From the NCBI GenBank assembly GCA_037481815.1, contig JBBFKX010000002.1, forward strand, positions 160,001 through 224,000: a stretch of DNA of 64,000 bases, written 5' to 3'. The stretch comes from a candidate division WOR-3 bacterium. Its GTDB lineage: Bacteria; Hydrothermota; 32-111. The notes beneath the pieces are model-generated. The model made no database searches, had not been told where the DNA came from, and saw only the letters and a program-made list of their open reading frames with translations. Position numbers and translations under genes: made by a program. Positions 10,037 through 19,922 of this stretch are shown piece by piece (position 1 is the first letter of the stretch; every line of letters starts with the position of its first letter).

Positions 10037-10426
10037 TTATCTCTTAGAGAATTGGTATCTCTTTCTTGCTTTAGCAAGTCCGTATTTTCTTCTTTCTTTT
10101 TCTCTTGGATCCCTTGTCAAAAGTCCATTATCCTTAAGAACAACTTTAAAATCTGGATACTTTCTTGCTATTGATCTTGCGATCCCGAGTTTTATAGCAT
10201 CCTTTTGACCAGTGATTCCACCACCTGAAACTTTTGCATACACGGAAACTTTTCTTTCAAGGTTACACAAGCGTAAAACGTTCAAAAGTTCCTCTCTGTG
10301 ATCAAATCTTTTAACATAATCCTCAAGTTTTTTTCCATTTATCAAAAATTTTCCTTTACCTTCAACCAATCTGACTCTTGCAACCGCTTCTTTTCTTCTT
10401 CCAACAAAAACATTATTTTCAGCCAA
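10037..10426 (-). CDS. rpsI: 30S ribosomal protein S9
   Basis: GRRKEAVARV, GGGITGQ, KERRKYG...YQFSKR; TTG start. Confidence 0.98.
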   Translation of the reverse strand: MAENNVFVGRRKEAVARVRLVEGKGKFLINGKKLEDYVKRFDHREELLNVLRLCNLERKVSVYAKVSGGGITGQKDAIKLGIARSIARKYPDFKVVLKDNGLLTRDPREKERRKYGLAKARKRYQFSKR

Positions 10427-10435
10427 AGTTCCTCC

Positions 10436-10864
10436 TTATAATTTTATTTCCACTGGATTCTGTGCTTTATGTTTATGGTTTGAATCGTTGTAAATTTTTA
10501 ATCTCGTTAACATCTTCCTTCCAAGTTTATTTTTGGGAAGCATCCTTTTCACAGCAAGAGTGATAACTTTTGATGGATTCTTTTCAAGCATCTCCTTAAG
10601 AGTGCTCTCTTTTAGATTTCCAATATAACCTGAATGGGAATAATAGATTTTGTTAGAAAGTTTATTGCCGGTAACTTTTATATCCTTTGCATTTATAACT
10701 ATAACACCATCACCATTATCCACATCTGGCTGATAGGTAACTTTGTTTTTACCCATAAGAATAGTTGAAATCTTTGTTGACAGACGACCCAAGGTTTTTC
10801 CTTTTGCATCAACTATGTACCAGTTATGTTTGATCTCGTTCTCTTTTATTCTCGTCGTTTTCAT
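10436..10864 (-). CDS. rplM: 50S ribosomal protein L13
   Basis: WYIVDA...LGRL, DNGDGVIVINA, HSGYIG, MLPKN. Confidence 0.98.
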   Translation of the reverse strand: MKTTRIKENEIKHNWYIVDAKGKTLGRLSTKISTILMGKNKVTYQPDVDNGDGVIVINAKDIKVTGNKLSNKIYYSHSGYIGNLKESTLKEMLEKNPSKVITLAVKRMLPKNKLGRKMLTRLKIYNDSNHKHKAQNPVEIKL

Positions 10865-10873
10865 TTAAACTCC

Positions 10874-11950
10874 TTACTTCCCCTGTTTTTTTAACTCTTC
10901 ATATTTCTTGTATTCTTCTTTTGCTTTGTCGTTCATTTTCATTCTCGAATAGCAGTCGGCTTTTATCAGATAAAGATCGCTTATCTCAATTCCACTTTTG
11001 GAGATATATTCATCGATAATTTTTATAGCATCAGCATAATTTTGATTTTTGTAATATGCGAATCCCAAGTTCAACATCGATTCAAAATCATCCTCTTTAA
11101 CCTTCAAAGCGTTCTCAAAGTTAACAACTGCTTCTTTGTAGTTCTTTTTTTCATCAAGATAGATTTTCCCAAGTTTGAAAGAAACATCATTTTTGTATGT
11201 CGAGAGTTTGGATTTCATGGTTGAATCTGAAGATTCATAAATTTTGTTGAAACTGTTAAAATTCTTTATTGCCTCATCAAAATTTTTCTTTGAATATGCT
11301 ATTTCTCCAAGCCAGTATATGATCTGTGGATTTTCAGCATCTATATCTTTTGCTTTATCCAGATACTTCTTTGCTTCATCGAACTTTTCGATTCCAATAT
11401 AATATTTTGCAACATTGAAAAAGAGTGAAAGATTTTTTGGGTTCTTTGAAACAGATTTTTCTATAGTTTTTGTCATGTTCGTTTCATCACCAGTTTCAGC
11501 GTAAAGTAGTACAAGATAATCATAGTTTATAGAAGTATCTTTAACTTCCTCCGCTTTTAAAAGATATTTTTCATACTTTGATTTATTCTCTTTACTATCC
11601 TTATTTCTCAAGAAACCCGTTCCCGCATTGAAGAGTACTGGCCAGTAAAATTCAACATTCTCTTTCATCTCTTTTAAAACTTGTCCTGTAGTATCCTTTT
11701 CAAGTGCGATAATAAAATACTCTGATGCTTTATCAAACTCACTCTTTGAACCGTATGCCTTACCCATCCAAAGATACGCCTGTGGGTTGTTCGGTTCAAG
11801 TTTTATCGCTTCGTTGAACTGAACTATCGCTTTATCAAAATCGTTCTGTTGCATATATATTATACCTGATGACATATATTGATTGTTACATCCAACCATA
11901 AGTATAACTACCATTGCAACGATTAACAACAAATTAAAAAACCTGTACAT
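10874..11950 (-). CDS. TPR-repeat lipoprotein
   Basis: Signal peptide with lipobox LMVG-C; multiple TPR helix pairs. Confidence 0.8.
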   Translation of the reverse strand: MYRFFNLLLIVAMVVILMVGCNNQYMSSGIIYMQQNDFDKAIVQFNEAIKLEPNNPQAYLWMGKAYGSKSEFDKASEYFIIALEKDTTGQVLKEMKENVEFYWPVLFNAGTGFLRNKDSKENKSKYEKYLLKAEEVKDTSINYDYLVLLYAETGDETNMTKTIEKSVSKNPKNLSLFFNVAKYYIGIEKFDEAKKYLDKAKDIDAENPQIIYWLGEIAYSKKNFDEAIKNFNSFNKIYESSDSTMKSKLSTYKNDVSFKLGKIYLDEKKNYKEAVVNFENALKVKEDDFESMLNLGFAYYKNQNYADAIKIIDEYISKSGIEISDLYLIKADCYSRMKMNDKAKEEYKKYEELKKQGK

Positions 11951-11989
11951 TTAAAACCTCCTGAAAAAAGAGCAGAATTTTAGTTTTTC

Positions 11990-12017
11990 ATTTTATCAAA
12001 AAAAAGTTTTTTGTCAA
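11990..12017 (-). promoter_or_regulatory. Putative promoter for TPR lipoprotein-rplM-rpsI operon
   Basis: TTGACA-N16-TAAAAT with TGn extension. Confidence 0.6.
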
Positions 12018-12058
12018 TAGTAAGAAGAAAGAGGTATACAATAATATCTTTTTAATAA

Positions 12059-12529
12059 TTACCGAAACAGGTTATCAATTATGTTGTCAACTTGATTTTT
12101 GAAATCTCTGTCAAAAGTTATTTTTTCATCCTCCTCTTCCTTCATAAGTTTAACTATATTCTCACTTAATTTTTTCATCATCGTTTGAACAACTCCTATT
12201 ATGGTATCTTTTGAAAAAAGAGAAACTATAATTATCTCATCGTTTACTGCAAGATAAAAAAAGGAAAATTTTTTTCCTTCCTGAAAGAGTGTAAAAAAAT
12301 AATCCTCTTTAACAAGTTTTGCGATACTTTTTGTTGCATTGAAAATTCCAGCACATAAGGCACCTAACGATTGAGTGTAATAGTTATCCTTTTTCATACC
12401 CATCTGAAAAAGCACCTGACCTGCACTATTTATAATAAGAACATTCAGGACCTTTGTATCCTGAATGAATGTCTTCAAAAACCGTTCAACATCTTTGACG
12501 GTTGGCTCATCAAGAACAAGTTTTTTCAT
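12059..12529 (-). CDS. mglB: Roadblock/LC7 protein, MglB homologue (regulator of MglA-type small GTPases)
   Basis: Aligns by eye over its full length with Myxococcus MglB as I recall it: VLIINSAGQVL, SLGALCAGIFNATKSIAKLVKE, FQEG, IGVVQ, and the C-terminal helix IIDNLFR. Confidence 0.75.
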   Translation of the reverse strand: MKKLVLDEPTVKDVERFLKTFIQDTKVLNVLIINSAGQVLFQMGMKKDNYYTQSLGALCAGIFNATKSIAKLVKEDYFFTLFQEGKKFSFFYLAVNDEIIIVSLFSKDTIIGVVQTMMKKLSENIVKLMKEEEDEKITFDRDFKNQVDNIIDNLFR

Positions 12530-12535
12530 AAAATT

Positions 12536-12880
12536 TTATATATTCCCCTGAAGTTGTGCTGCGATATTTTTTATTTGTATTATCAAAGCCCCAATGTTCA
12601 CATTCTTTTCAGCAAGAGCAAACAGTATAAACTTTTCTTTTGAAATGAAAAGTACTTCACCTTTTTCAGTGTATATCGTTGAAAATATTGGAAGGGAGTC
12701 GGTACTCTTTCCCAAACTTTTTTCCATCTCACTGTTTATCTTTGCAACCATCGCTCCAAGCAGTTCCGCCATTTCACTTTCATAGAAAATTTTATCAACG
12801 ATGAGTCCATCTTTTGTAAGAACAGCAACACCTTTAACTCCAGTTATCTCCATTATCTTCTCAATTTTCTCTTTTATCAT
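12536..12880 (-). CDS. Roadblock/LC7 domain protein (MglC-like)
   Basis: 114 aa, ITGVKGVAVLTKDGLIV...LLGAM...NIGALIIQIK roadblock pattern. Confidence 0.8.
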   Translation of the reverse strand: MIKEKIEKIMEITGVKGVAVLTKDGLIVDKIFYESEMAELLGAMVAKINSEMEKSLGKSTDSLPIFSTIYTEKGEVLFISKEKFILFALAEKNVNIGALIIQIKNIAAQLQGNI

Positions 12881-13593
12881 TGTTCAAGCACCTGTTTTAT
12901 ATTTTTTAACAACTGTTTCGCTTTTATAAGTATAAGACCTATCTTTACAACCTCTTCAGTGAAAATCCCCAGTATATATCCATTACCTTTAAAAAGATAT
13001 ATTCTGACTTTTCCAATTTCGATAAAGATCCTGTCTATCAGACCAAGATCGGTTTTACTTATAGAATCCTCTGAAACAGAAAAAATCGTCGAAAAAAGTG
13101 CAGAGGTGATTTCAGGGTCAAGGTTTTCCAGTATCTTTGCTCTTATAACAAGGCCTGATTCTTCAATTATGATACTCCCCAAAACTCCATTTATAGAGTT
13201 TATCTCTTCAAGCGATCTGTCAAGTAAACTTTCCGCCTCATTTGCGGTTATAACATTGTCCTTTTCTATCTTTTGCAAATCTTCTTTTTTTATCTCAGAG
13301 TTTTTTGAAATCCCACCCTCTTCGACTCTCACAGGTTGTATTAAAGATCTTACCGAAGGATCATCGGGAAATTCATTCAAAAGTTGATTCAAAACTTCTG
13401 TGGCAGATGGATCGTTCAATTCCTTTAAAGATCTATAAAGCAGAATTTTTGCATCCTTTATATCGGGAAATTCTGAAAGAATAAGTTTACAGTAGTTTAT
13501 AGTTTCGTTGAACGCTTTGTTCTTATAAAGATCCTCAGCGATCATTATAAGTAGTGAAATACTATCCCGATCAACTTTCATTCCTTCATTCAA
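12877..13593 (-). CDS. TPR + roadblock/LC7 fusion protein
   Basis: N-terminal TPR-like helices; C-terminal INGVLGSIIIEESGLVI...SALFSTIF...KIGLILIK roadblock domain. Confidence 0.8.
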   Translation of the reverse strand: MNEGMKVDRDSISLLIMIAEDLYKNKAFNETINYCKLILSEFPDIKDAKILLYRSLKELNDPSATEVLNQLLNEFPDDPSVRSLIQPVRVEEGGISKNSEIKKEDLQKIEKDNVITANEAESLLDRSLEEINSINGVLGSIIIEESGLVIRAKILENLDPEITSALFSTIFSVSEDSISKTDLGLIDRIFIEIGKVRIYLFKGNGYILGIFTEEVVKIGLILIKAKQLLKNIKQVLEQ

Positions 13594-14695
13594 ATTTACC
13601 TCCTAAAAGTTCATCAAAGATTTTTTGACACTCTTTAAGAGATTCTACAAGTTTTTCAACCTTACTCATCTGATCCGGTGTTTGGAGATTATCATAAAGA
13701 GAAATCAGTTCATCTATACTCTTCTTTACATCTCCCCTTTTAAAGTAAGCAAAAGAATTATACTTTTTTATAAAAGGATCATCGATTCCCTCGTTTTTTG
13801 CTATCAGAGTGAACTCGTTTATTTTATCAAACTGATTAGTTGCAAAGAATGAATAAATAAGCATTCTGTAAGCATCGAGATTTTTTGGATCCTTTTTAAC
13901 ATAATTTTTCAACTCGTTTATAGCTTTATCGAACAATCCATCATTGAAATAATGTTTTGCAACATCAAAACTACTTTCCACATCACCTTTTTGAGCGCCT
14001 TCGATAATAACTATACCAAGAGTTATCATTCCATATATCAATTTTGCTATTTCAAACTCATCACCATATTTTTCGGCGATATCTTTAATCGTGTTTTTAC
14101 CATTTATCATCGAAAAAATTTCCCACTCTTTTGGTTTAAGATCCAAAAGGTCCATTTTGTCTGGATTGTCAGAGATTTTTGGAATCACCGATGAGTTTGG
14201 AATCTTTGCGGATAACCTTGACCATTCATCTATTCTTCTTGAGCCCTCCATTATCAAAGATTCGGTTTTGATTTTGAATTTGAACAGGTTGTCGAGAATG
14301 AAATTACCTTCCTCAAATTTGAAATATCCTTCTCTCCATTCAAAAAGTTTGTATATGGTATCTTCGATTCTGAGTTGTAAAAATTTTCTGAACTCGTTTT
14401 CAGTCATAATGTTCATCTTTATTATCTCTTTTGCGATTTCAACATCATCGTTTTGAATTTTGTTCATTATCCTCTGTTCATAAAATTCTTTGGTTATTTT
14501 CCCAGCTTTTATCAAAAGCAAAGGCAAAGTTATCCCTTCCATACTAACATACACAACATTCCCATTTTCAAAATAAACGTTCGCTTTTTCTTCTTTATTT
14601 GAATCTATTTTTAATATTCCACTCTTCTGATTGAAAGATAGTATCTGAAACAGATCTATGAGATTCAGTTCACTGATTGGTCCTTCAATAGCCAC
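13586..14695 (-). CDS. DUF4388 (PATAN-like) domain protein with C-terminal TPR
   Basis: EGPISELNLIDLFQILSFNQKSGILKI, VYFENGNVV, LFEWREGYFKF, LIMEGSRRIDEW. Start GTG 14695 after AGGAG. Confidence 0.85.
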   Translation of the reverse strand: MAIEGPISELNLIDLFQILSFNQKSGILKIDSNKEEKANVYFENGNVVYVSMEGITLPLLLIKAGKITKEFYEQRIMNKIQNDDVEIAKEIIKMNIMTENEFRKFLQLRIEDTIYKLFEWREGYFKFEEGNFILDNLFKFKIKTESLIMEGSRRIDEWSRLSAKIPNSSVIPKISDNPDKMDLLDLKPKEWEIFSMINGKNTIKDIAEKYGDEFEIAKLIYGMITLGIVIIEGAQKGDVESSFDVAKHYFNDGLFDKAINELKNYVKKDPKNLDAYRMLIYSFFATNQFDKINEFTLIAKNEGIDDPFIKKYNSFAYFKRGDVKKSIDELISLYDNLQTPDQMSKVEKLVESLKECQKIFDELLGGKFE

Positions 14696-14703
14696 ATCCA
14701 CTC

Positions 14704-17412
14704 CTATTCAAAAATTGATATCCAGTTTCTTGCTGCTTCTATCGCTTTTGCGCTCTTCTGTGCAAATTCTGATTCAGGTGAATTCTTTACAACAAAATTC
14801 CACCTTTCCATAGCTTCCTTAATATATCCTTCCTTTGCTATTATCTTTGCAAAATTGAAATTCGCTTCAGGATTTGCGGGATCTATTTTTAGAGCGTTTT
14901 GATAAGCATCCTTTGCAACATCAAAATTTTCGATCTCCTGACAGACCGAACCTATTCTTAAAAATGCTCTGAGGTTGTTTGGATCAATCTGAACAATTCT
15001 TGTATAGATCTGAATAGATTTTTCAAAATCCTCGACTAATTCATAGATCGTTGCAAGTTCCCACAAATAACCAAGATTCTCTACATCTTTACTTATCAAC
15101 GATTCAAGAATTTTGATCGATTCATCGTACATTTTCATACTTCTTAAAACTATCGCTTTTTTGTAAAGGATATCTAGATTCTCTGGATCCTTATTCAGGA
15201 TTCTTTCGTATATTTCGAGTGCATCCCTATCTCTTCTCTGACTGACATATATTTCAGAGAGATTCGTTAGAGTTTCAATATTTTCAGGATCCTTTAAAAG
15301 TATCTCACCGATAATTTTTATCGCCTCTTCAAGGTTTCCATTTTTCCAGAGTAACATCGAATATAGATTCAAAACATCTATTTTATTTCTATCCTTTTCA
15401 ATTATCTTTGAAAGATATTCTATCGGTTCTGAATAGATCCCTTTGTTATAGAGTAGTTTGGAGAGTTTTAAAACCACTTTTTCGTTAAGAGGAGAGAGCG
15501 AAACTATTTTTCGATAATACTCTTCTGCTTCTCCATAGATCTGTTTTATATTGTAAACATCAGCGATTATTTCAAACATTTCCACATCGCACTCATCTTT
15601 TCTTACAACTTCAAAAGCACTCTGTGAAGCAAGATCATATTCACCCTTTTCAAAATATTCTTTTGCTTTTTTTCTCTTCTCCTCAAGTTGATCGACTTCC
15701 TTTAATTTAAGATCCTCTTTTTCAAAAGTATCCTCTGTTTCCTCTTCAAAAACACCTGTAAAAATATCTGAACTCTTCTCTTCTCCGATTGTGAAACCTT
15801 CTAGTTGTTCTGATGATGTAACCTGAACATCCTTTGACAGACTACCACTTATCAAAACATCCACTTTATCTGCGTAATAGTCAAGTCCAAGTTTATATCT
15901 TGTCTCAACATAATAGGGATTAAGTTTTAATGCTTCTTTCGTATATTTGAGTGCATCCTCATACCTTCCAACTTTTGTTAAGGTGAAAGCAAGGTTGTAG
16001 TATGCCTCAGCGAAATTTTCATCATACTGGATCGCTTTTTCAAAAACTTTTATCGCATCCTCAAATTTTCCTTCCTCTCTATAGATTATTCCAAGATAAT
16101 TGTATGTTAAAGGATAATCACCTTTTATCTCAAGAACTTTATCGATATATTTTTTCGCCTCTATAAAATTTTTATTTTCGATAAAGATTATCGATAGATT
16201 CAAAAGAGCATCAACATAATCATCCCTTATCTGTAAAGATTTGTTAAACATTTTTAATGCTTCATCCGTCTTATTTTTATGAAGCATTGCGATTCCAAGG
16301 TTATTGTATGCCATCACATATGATGGATCCATCTTTATAGATTTATTATAACAATCTATCGCATTTTCAAGTTCACCTTTTCTGTGAAAAGCGATACCCA
16401 TATCGTTGTACGCTTTTGCTGCAAACGATTCATCTTTAAGTGCAAGTTTGTATTCCTCTATCGCTTTATCGTTTTCTCCAAGAAGAAGATAGATCTCACC
16501 GATCTGAATGTGAATCAGCGCTCGATCCGGCTCAACAGATTCAGCCTTCTTAAACTCTTTTAGCGCTTCATTGAAAAGCCCTTTGTTCCGAAAACCAATT
16601 CCAAGTGTAAAGTATGTTAAAAAACTGTTCGGTTGAATCGAAACATTCGATTCTTCCTGAACAAAACTCTGATACATCCCCTGCTGATAAAAATCTATTC
16701 CAAGGTTTGCCTGTGTTTTTCCGTAAGCGGGATTCAACTTAATCGCTTTTTTTGTTTCCTTAATCGCGTCATCAAAAAGCCCTTTCTCTCCATAAACAAA
16801 GCCCAAAAGAAAATGTGCTTCAGCAAGGTTGGGATCGAGTTCAAGAGCTTTTTGGAATTCTTTTATAGCAGAATCAAGTATTCCCTTGTTATAGTAAACC
16901 TCACCAAGCATCGAGTGTATTTGAGCTGAATCGGGCTGTGTTTTTAAAGCTTTTCGATACTCTTCGATCGAATCATCATACATACCTAAAGATTTATATA
17001 TCTTCGCAAGGTTCAACCTCGCATCAACAAATGATGGGTTACTCTTTAAAATCTTCTTATACTCAGCGATAGCATCAAGCGATTTTCCCATGTTGTTCAA
17101 AGCTTCTGCAAGTTTAAACCTTGTGTTCAAATCTTCGGGATTCTTTTCAAGAACTTCTCTGTACTCTTTTATCTTTTCATCATACATCCCTGTTTCTTTG
17201 TAGATGAGTTCGAGATTCTTTTTCGCCAGGGTAAATTTCGGATCTATCGCAAGTGCTTTTTCAAGTTCTTCAATCGCTTCATCATAAAGACCTTTGTTGT
17301 AATACACAACAGCAAGATTGTTGTGTGCACCAGCATCCTTTGGATCTATCCTCTGGGCGAACGACTTTAAAACTCTCTTTTCTGCTTCAGATATTTGAAC
17401 CTGTTTTTTCAT
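14704..17412 (-). CDS. Large cytoplasmic multi-TPR scaffold protein (902 aa)
   Basis: Roughly 20 TPR units (e.g. AHNNLAVVYYNKG, AYNNLGIAML), no signal peptide, acidic central linker. Confidence 0.9.
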   Translation of the reverse strand: MKKQVQISEAEKRVLKSFAQRIDPKDAGAHNNLAVVYYNKGLYDEAIEELEKALAIDPKFTLAKKNLELIYKETGMYDEKIKEYREVLEKNPEDLNTRFKLAEALNNMGKSLDAIAEYKKILKSNPSFVDARLNLAKIYKSLGMYDDSIEEYRKALKTQPDSAQIHSMLGEVYYNKGILDSAIKEFQKALELDPNLAEAHFLLGFVYGEKGLFDDAIKETKKAIKLNPAYGKTQANLGIDFYQQGMYQSFVQEESNVSIQPNSFLTYFTLGIGFRNKGLFNEALKEFKKAESVEPDRALIHIQIGEIYLLLGENDKAIEEYKLALKDESFAAKAYNDMGIAFHRKGELENAIDCYNKSIKMDPSYVMAYNNLGIAMLHKNKTDEALKMFNKSLQIRDDYVDALLNLSIIFIENKNFIEAKKYIDKVLEIKGDYPLTYNYLGIIYREEGKFEDAIKVFEKAIQYDENFAEAYYNLAFTLTKVGRYEDALKYTKEALKLNPYYVETRYKLGLDYYADKVDVLISGSLSKDVQVTSSEQLEGFTIGEEKSSDIFTGVFEEETEDTFEKEDLKLKEVDQLEEKRKKAKEYFEKGEYDLASQSAFEVVRKDECDVEMFEIIADVYNIKQIYGEAEEYYRKIVSLSPLNEKVVLKLSKLLYNKGIYSEPIEYLSKIIEKDRNKIDVLNLYSMLLWKNGNLEEAIKIIGEILLKDPENIETLTNLSEIYVSQRRDRDALEIYERILNKDPENLDILYKKAIVLRSMKMYDESIKILESLISKDVENLGYLWELATIYELVEDFEKSIQIYTRIVQIDPNNLRAFLRIGSVCQEIENFDVAKDAYQNALKIDPANPEANFNFAKIIAKEGYIKEAMERWNFVVKNSPESEFAQKSAKAIEAARNWISIFE

Positions 17413-17417
17413 TCAAC

Positions 17418-18035
17418 CTACCTGTTTAAAAAATCGAGAAGTTTCTTTAAAGATATTGGATCAGGCAAAAGTATTAGATACCCTTTTAACGGATGTGGAT
17501 CATCCTCAAAAGTGAACTCTGTTTCAACACAGAAAACAACATCCTTGTTCGCACTGAAATCGATGTATGCTGAAGTTACTACAGCTGATCCTATATCAAT
17601 CACAAGATTTGGAACCGATGGTAAAATCAACATGTTCAAAAAATCACTCATCGCTGTAAGATATGAACTTATAACTATGTTTGCAACTTCTTTGATCGCT
17701 GATTGTTCTATCTCACTTAAAATCGTTGTCGTTCCAACAGGTTTTCCCATAACCATATCGACAAGAAGCATCGATTCATCTCTTGGAAATATCAAAAGTG
17801 TTCTACCTGTTAAATCTCCAAGAAATTTCACAAGAACACCTGTTACGATCTCGTCCTGGTTATTGATTATCCTGTATATCTCTTCTGAAGATATTATGTG
17901 AACTTTTGGAACCGAGACCATTACTCTTTTGTTCACAAGTTGTGAAAGAACGGTCGCAGCATGTCCTCCACCAATGTTGGAGATCTCTTTGATTCCATCC
18001 AGATGAAAATCTTTTAAGTTGTTAAAATCTATCAT
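17418..18035 (-). CDS. cheC: CheC-family CheY-P phosphatase (DifG-like)
   Basis: Two active-site motifs, DGIKEISNIGGGHAATVLS and SAIKEVANI. Confidence 0.93.
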   Translation of the reverse strand: MIDFNNLKDFHLDGIKEISNIGGGHAATVLSQLVNKRVMVSVPKVHIISSEEIYRIINNQDEIVTGVLVKFLGDLTGRTLLIFPRDESMLLVDMVMGKPVGTTTILSEIEQSAIKEVANIVISSYLTAMSDFLNMLILPSVPNLVIDIGSAVVTSAYIDFSANKDVVFCVETEFTFEDDPHPLKGYLILLPDPISLKKLLDFLNR

Positions 18036-18038
18036 AAA

Positions 18039-19919
18039 TTACCCCTCTTTAGCCATCGAAACAACACCTGGAACATCAACTATGAAAGATGGCATTCCGT
18101 TGTTTAAAATTGACACACCTGCAAGCCCATGAATACCTGAAAGTATTCCCTTAAGTGGCTTGACAACTACCTCTGATTGTTCTAGGAAATTATCCACAAG
18201 TATCCCGTATAAAGAATCCTCCACTTCAACAAGAACTATGGAATATTTGTCCCTATCTTCAACTTTTTCACATTTAAAAATTTTTGATAACCTTATAAGC
18301 GGTATTATTTGATCTCTCAATACGAAGACCTCTTTTTGCATAACCGTAAATATTTCGTTTTTGTTTATGTCTATCGTCTCCACGATGTGAGTTAAAGGTA
18401 TTATATAAACTTCACCACTCACCTCGACTATCAAAGTTTTTATTATGGCGAGTGTCAAAGGAAGTTTTAAAGTGAAAACTGTTCCTTTATCTTTCTGGGA
18501 CGAAATTTCAAGTGTTCCACCTATCTGTTTTAAAACATTGTAGACAGCACCAACACCCACACCTCTTCCTGAAATATCGTTAACCTCTTCTTTGGTGGAG
18601 AAACCTTCATTCATTATCAACGAATAGATATCGTTTTCATTTAGATGTTGTAATTTTTCTTCATCTATCAAATTTAATGACAATGCTTTTTCTATAATTT
18701 TATTTTTATCAAGTCCTTTACCATCATCTGAAACTGTTATCAAAACTCCATTTTTAACCCTTTTCGCTTCAAGTATTATCGTTCCGGTTTCATCTTTTTT
18801 ATTTTTTATCCTTTCCTGTTGAGTTTCTATTCCATGATCCACAGCATTCTTCAGAAGATGAAGCAATGGATCCGCAAGGGAATTCAGAATCGCTCTATCA
18901 AGTTCAATATCTCTTCCCTTTATTATAAAATTTACTTTCTTTTTCAACCTGTTTGAAAGATCCCTGATATACCTTGGATACCTATCAAAAACCTGTCCAA
19001 CTGGAACCATCCTTATCTTCATTATTTCATCCTGAATATTTGAGATTATCTTTGAAGTTGAGTTCAGAGAATTTATCAATTCTTCATTCTGTAAAGAGTA
19101 TGCTATCTGTTGCAACCTCCCTCTGGCTATAACAAGTTCTGAAGCATAGTTCTGGAGATTGTCAAGGCGTTCGAGTGAAACCTTTATATCCTTTTTTTCT
19201 ACAACGATTTCCTGATCACTTTTTGCTTCTTCTTTCACAAGGAAAGCATCTTTTATTTCAGGTATACCTTTAATCTCATCTATAACCTTTTCAATTTCAG
19301 TTGTATCTTTTATGTAAAGGGTGATCTCATCTTTAAAATTTTCCTTCATTATCGAATCAAAGTCCGGATCACTTTTTATGAAAATATTTCTATCCTGAAG
19401 ATTTTTAATAACGACGAAAGCTCTCGCTGATTTTAAAACAACATCTTCAGAAAAAATTATTTTTATCGCTTTTTCTGATGATAGAGAAACTTTCTCTATA
19501 GGGATCTTTTTTGTTTTTACTTCCTCTATCTTTTTCGTTTCCTTAACGATCTCAGAACCTGTTTTTATAGATTCAATCACCTTTAAAAAACTTTTTATAA
19601 TATTTTCATCTACATCTTTTTTATGGACAAGGGATTGTATATAATCTGTCCCCTTTAAGAGTAGGTCTATAAGTTCAGTGCTTACCTGTAATTTTTCATT
19701 TCGTATAAGATCCATAACATCTTCTATCGAATGGGAAATTTTTGTAATCGAAGAATAGCCCATTGAAGCTGCCATACCCTTTATCGTATGCATACCCCTA
19801 AAAATCGAGTTTATTGCCTCTATATCGTTCATATCCTTTTCAAGTTTCAAAATGGAATCAGAAACCTGCTCAAGGTACTCTTCAGCTTCACTTATGAACA
19901 ATTCTTCATAATTTGTCAT
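18039..19919 (-). CDS. cheA: Chemotaxis histidine kinase CheA (Hpt-P2-dimerisation-HATPase-CheW)
   Basis: FRGMHTIKGMA, P2-like LKSARAFVV, HLLKNAVDHGIE, DDGKG, GFST...SGRGVG, LPLTLAII. Confidence 0.97.
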   Translation of the reverse strand: MTNYEELFISEAEEYLEQVSDSILKLEKDMNDIEAINSIFRGMHTIKGMAASMGYSSITKISHSIEDVMDLIRNEKLQVSTELIDLLLKGTDYIQSLVHKKDVDENIIKSFLKVIESIKTGSEIVKETKKIEEVKTKKIPIEKVSLSSEKAIKIIFSEDVVLKSARAFVVIKNLQDRNIFIKSDPDFDSIMKENFKDEITLYIKDTTEIEKVIDEIKGIPEIKDAFLVKEEAKSDQEIVVEKKDIKVSLERLDNLQNYASELVIARGRLQQIAYSLQNEELINSLNSTSKIISNIQDEIMKIRMVPVGQVFDRYPRYIRDLSNRLKKKVNFIIKGRDIELDRAILNSLADPLLHLLKNAVDHGIETQQERIKNKKDETGTIILEAKRVKNGVLITVSDDGKGLDKNKIIEKALSLNLIDEEKLQHLNENDIYSLIMNEGFSTKEEVNDISGRGVGVGAVYNVLKQIGGTLEISSQKDKGTVFTLKLPLTLAIIKTLIVEVSGEVYIIPLTHIVETIDINKNEIFTVMQKEVFVLRDQIIPLIRLSKIFKCEKVEDRDKYSIVLVEVEDSLYGILVDNFLEQSEVVVKPLKGILSGIHGLAGVSILNNGMPSFIVDVPGVVSMAKEG

Positions 19920-19922
19920 ACA

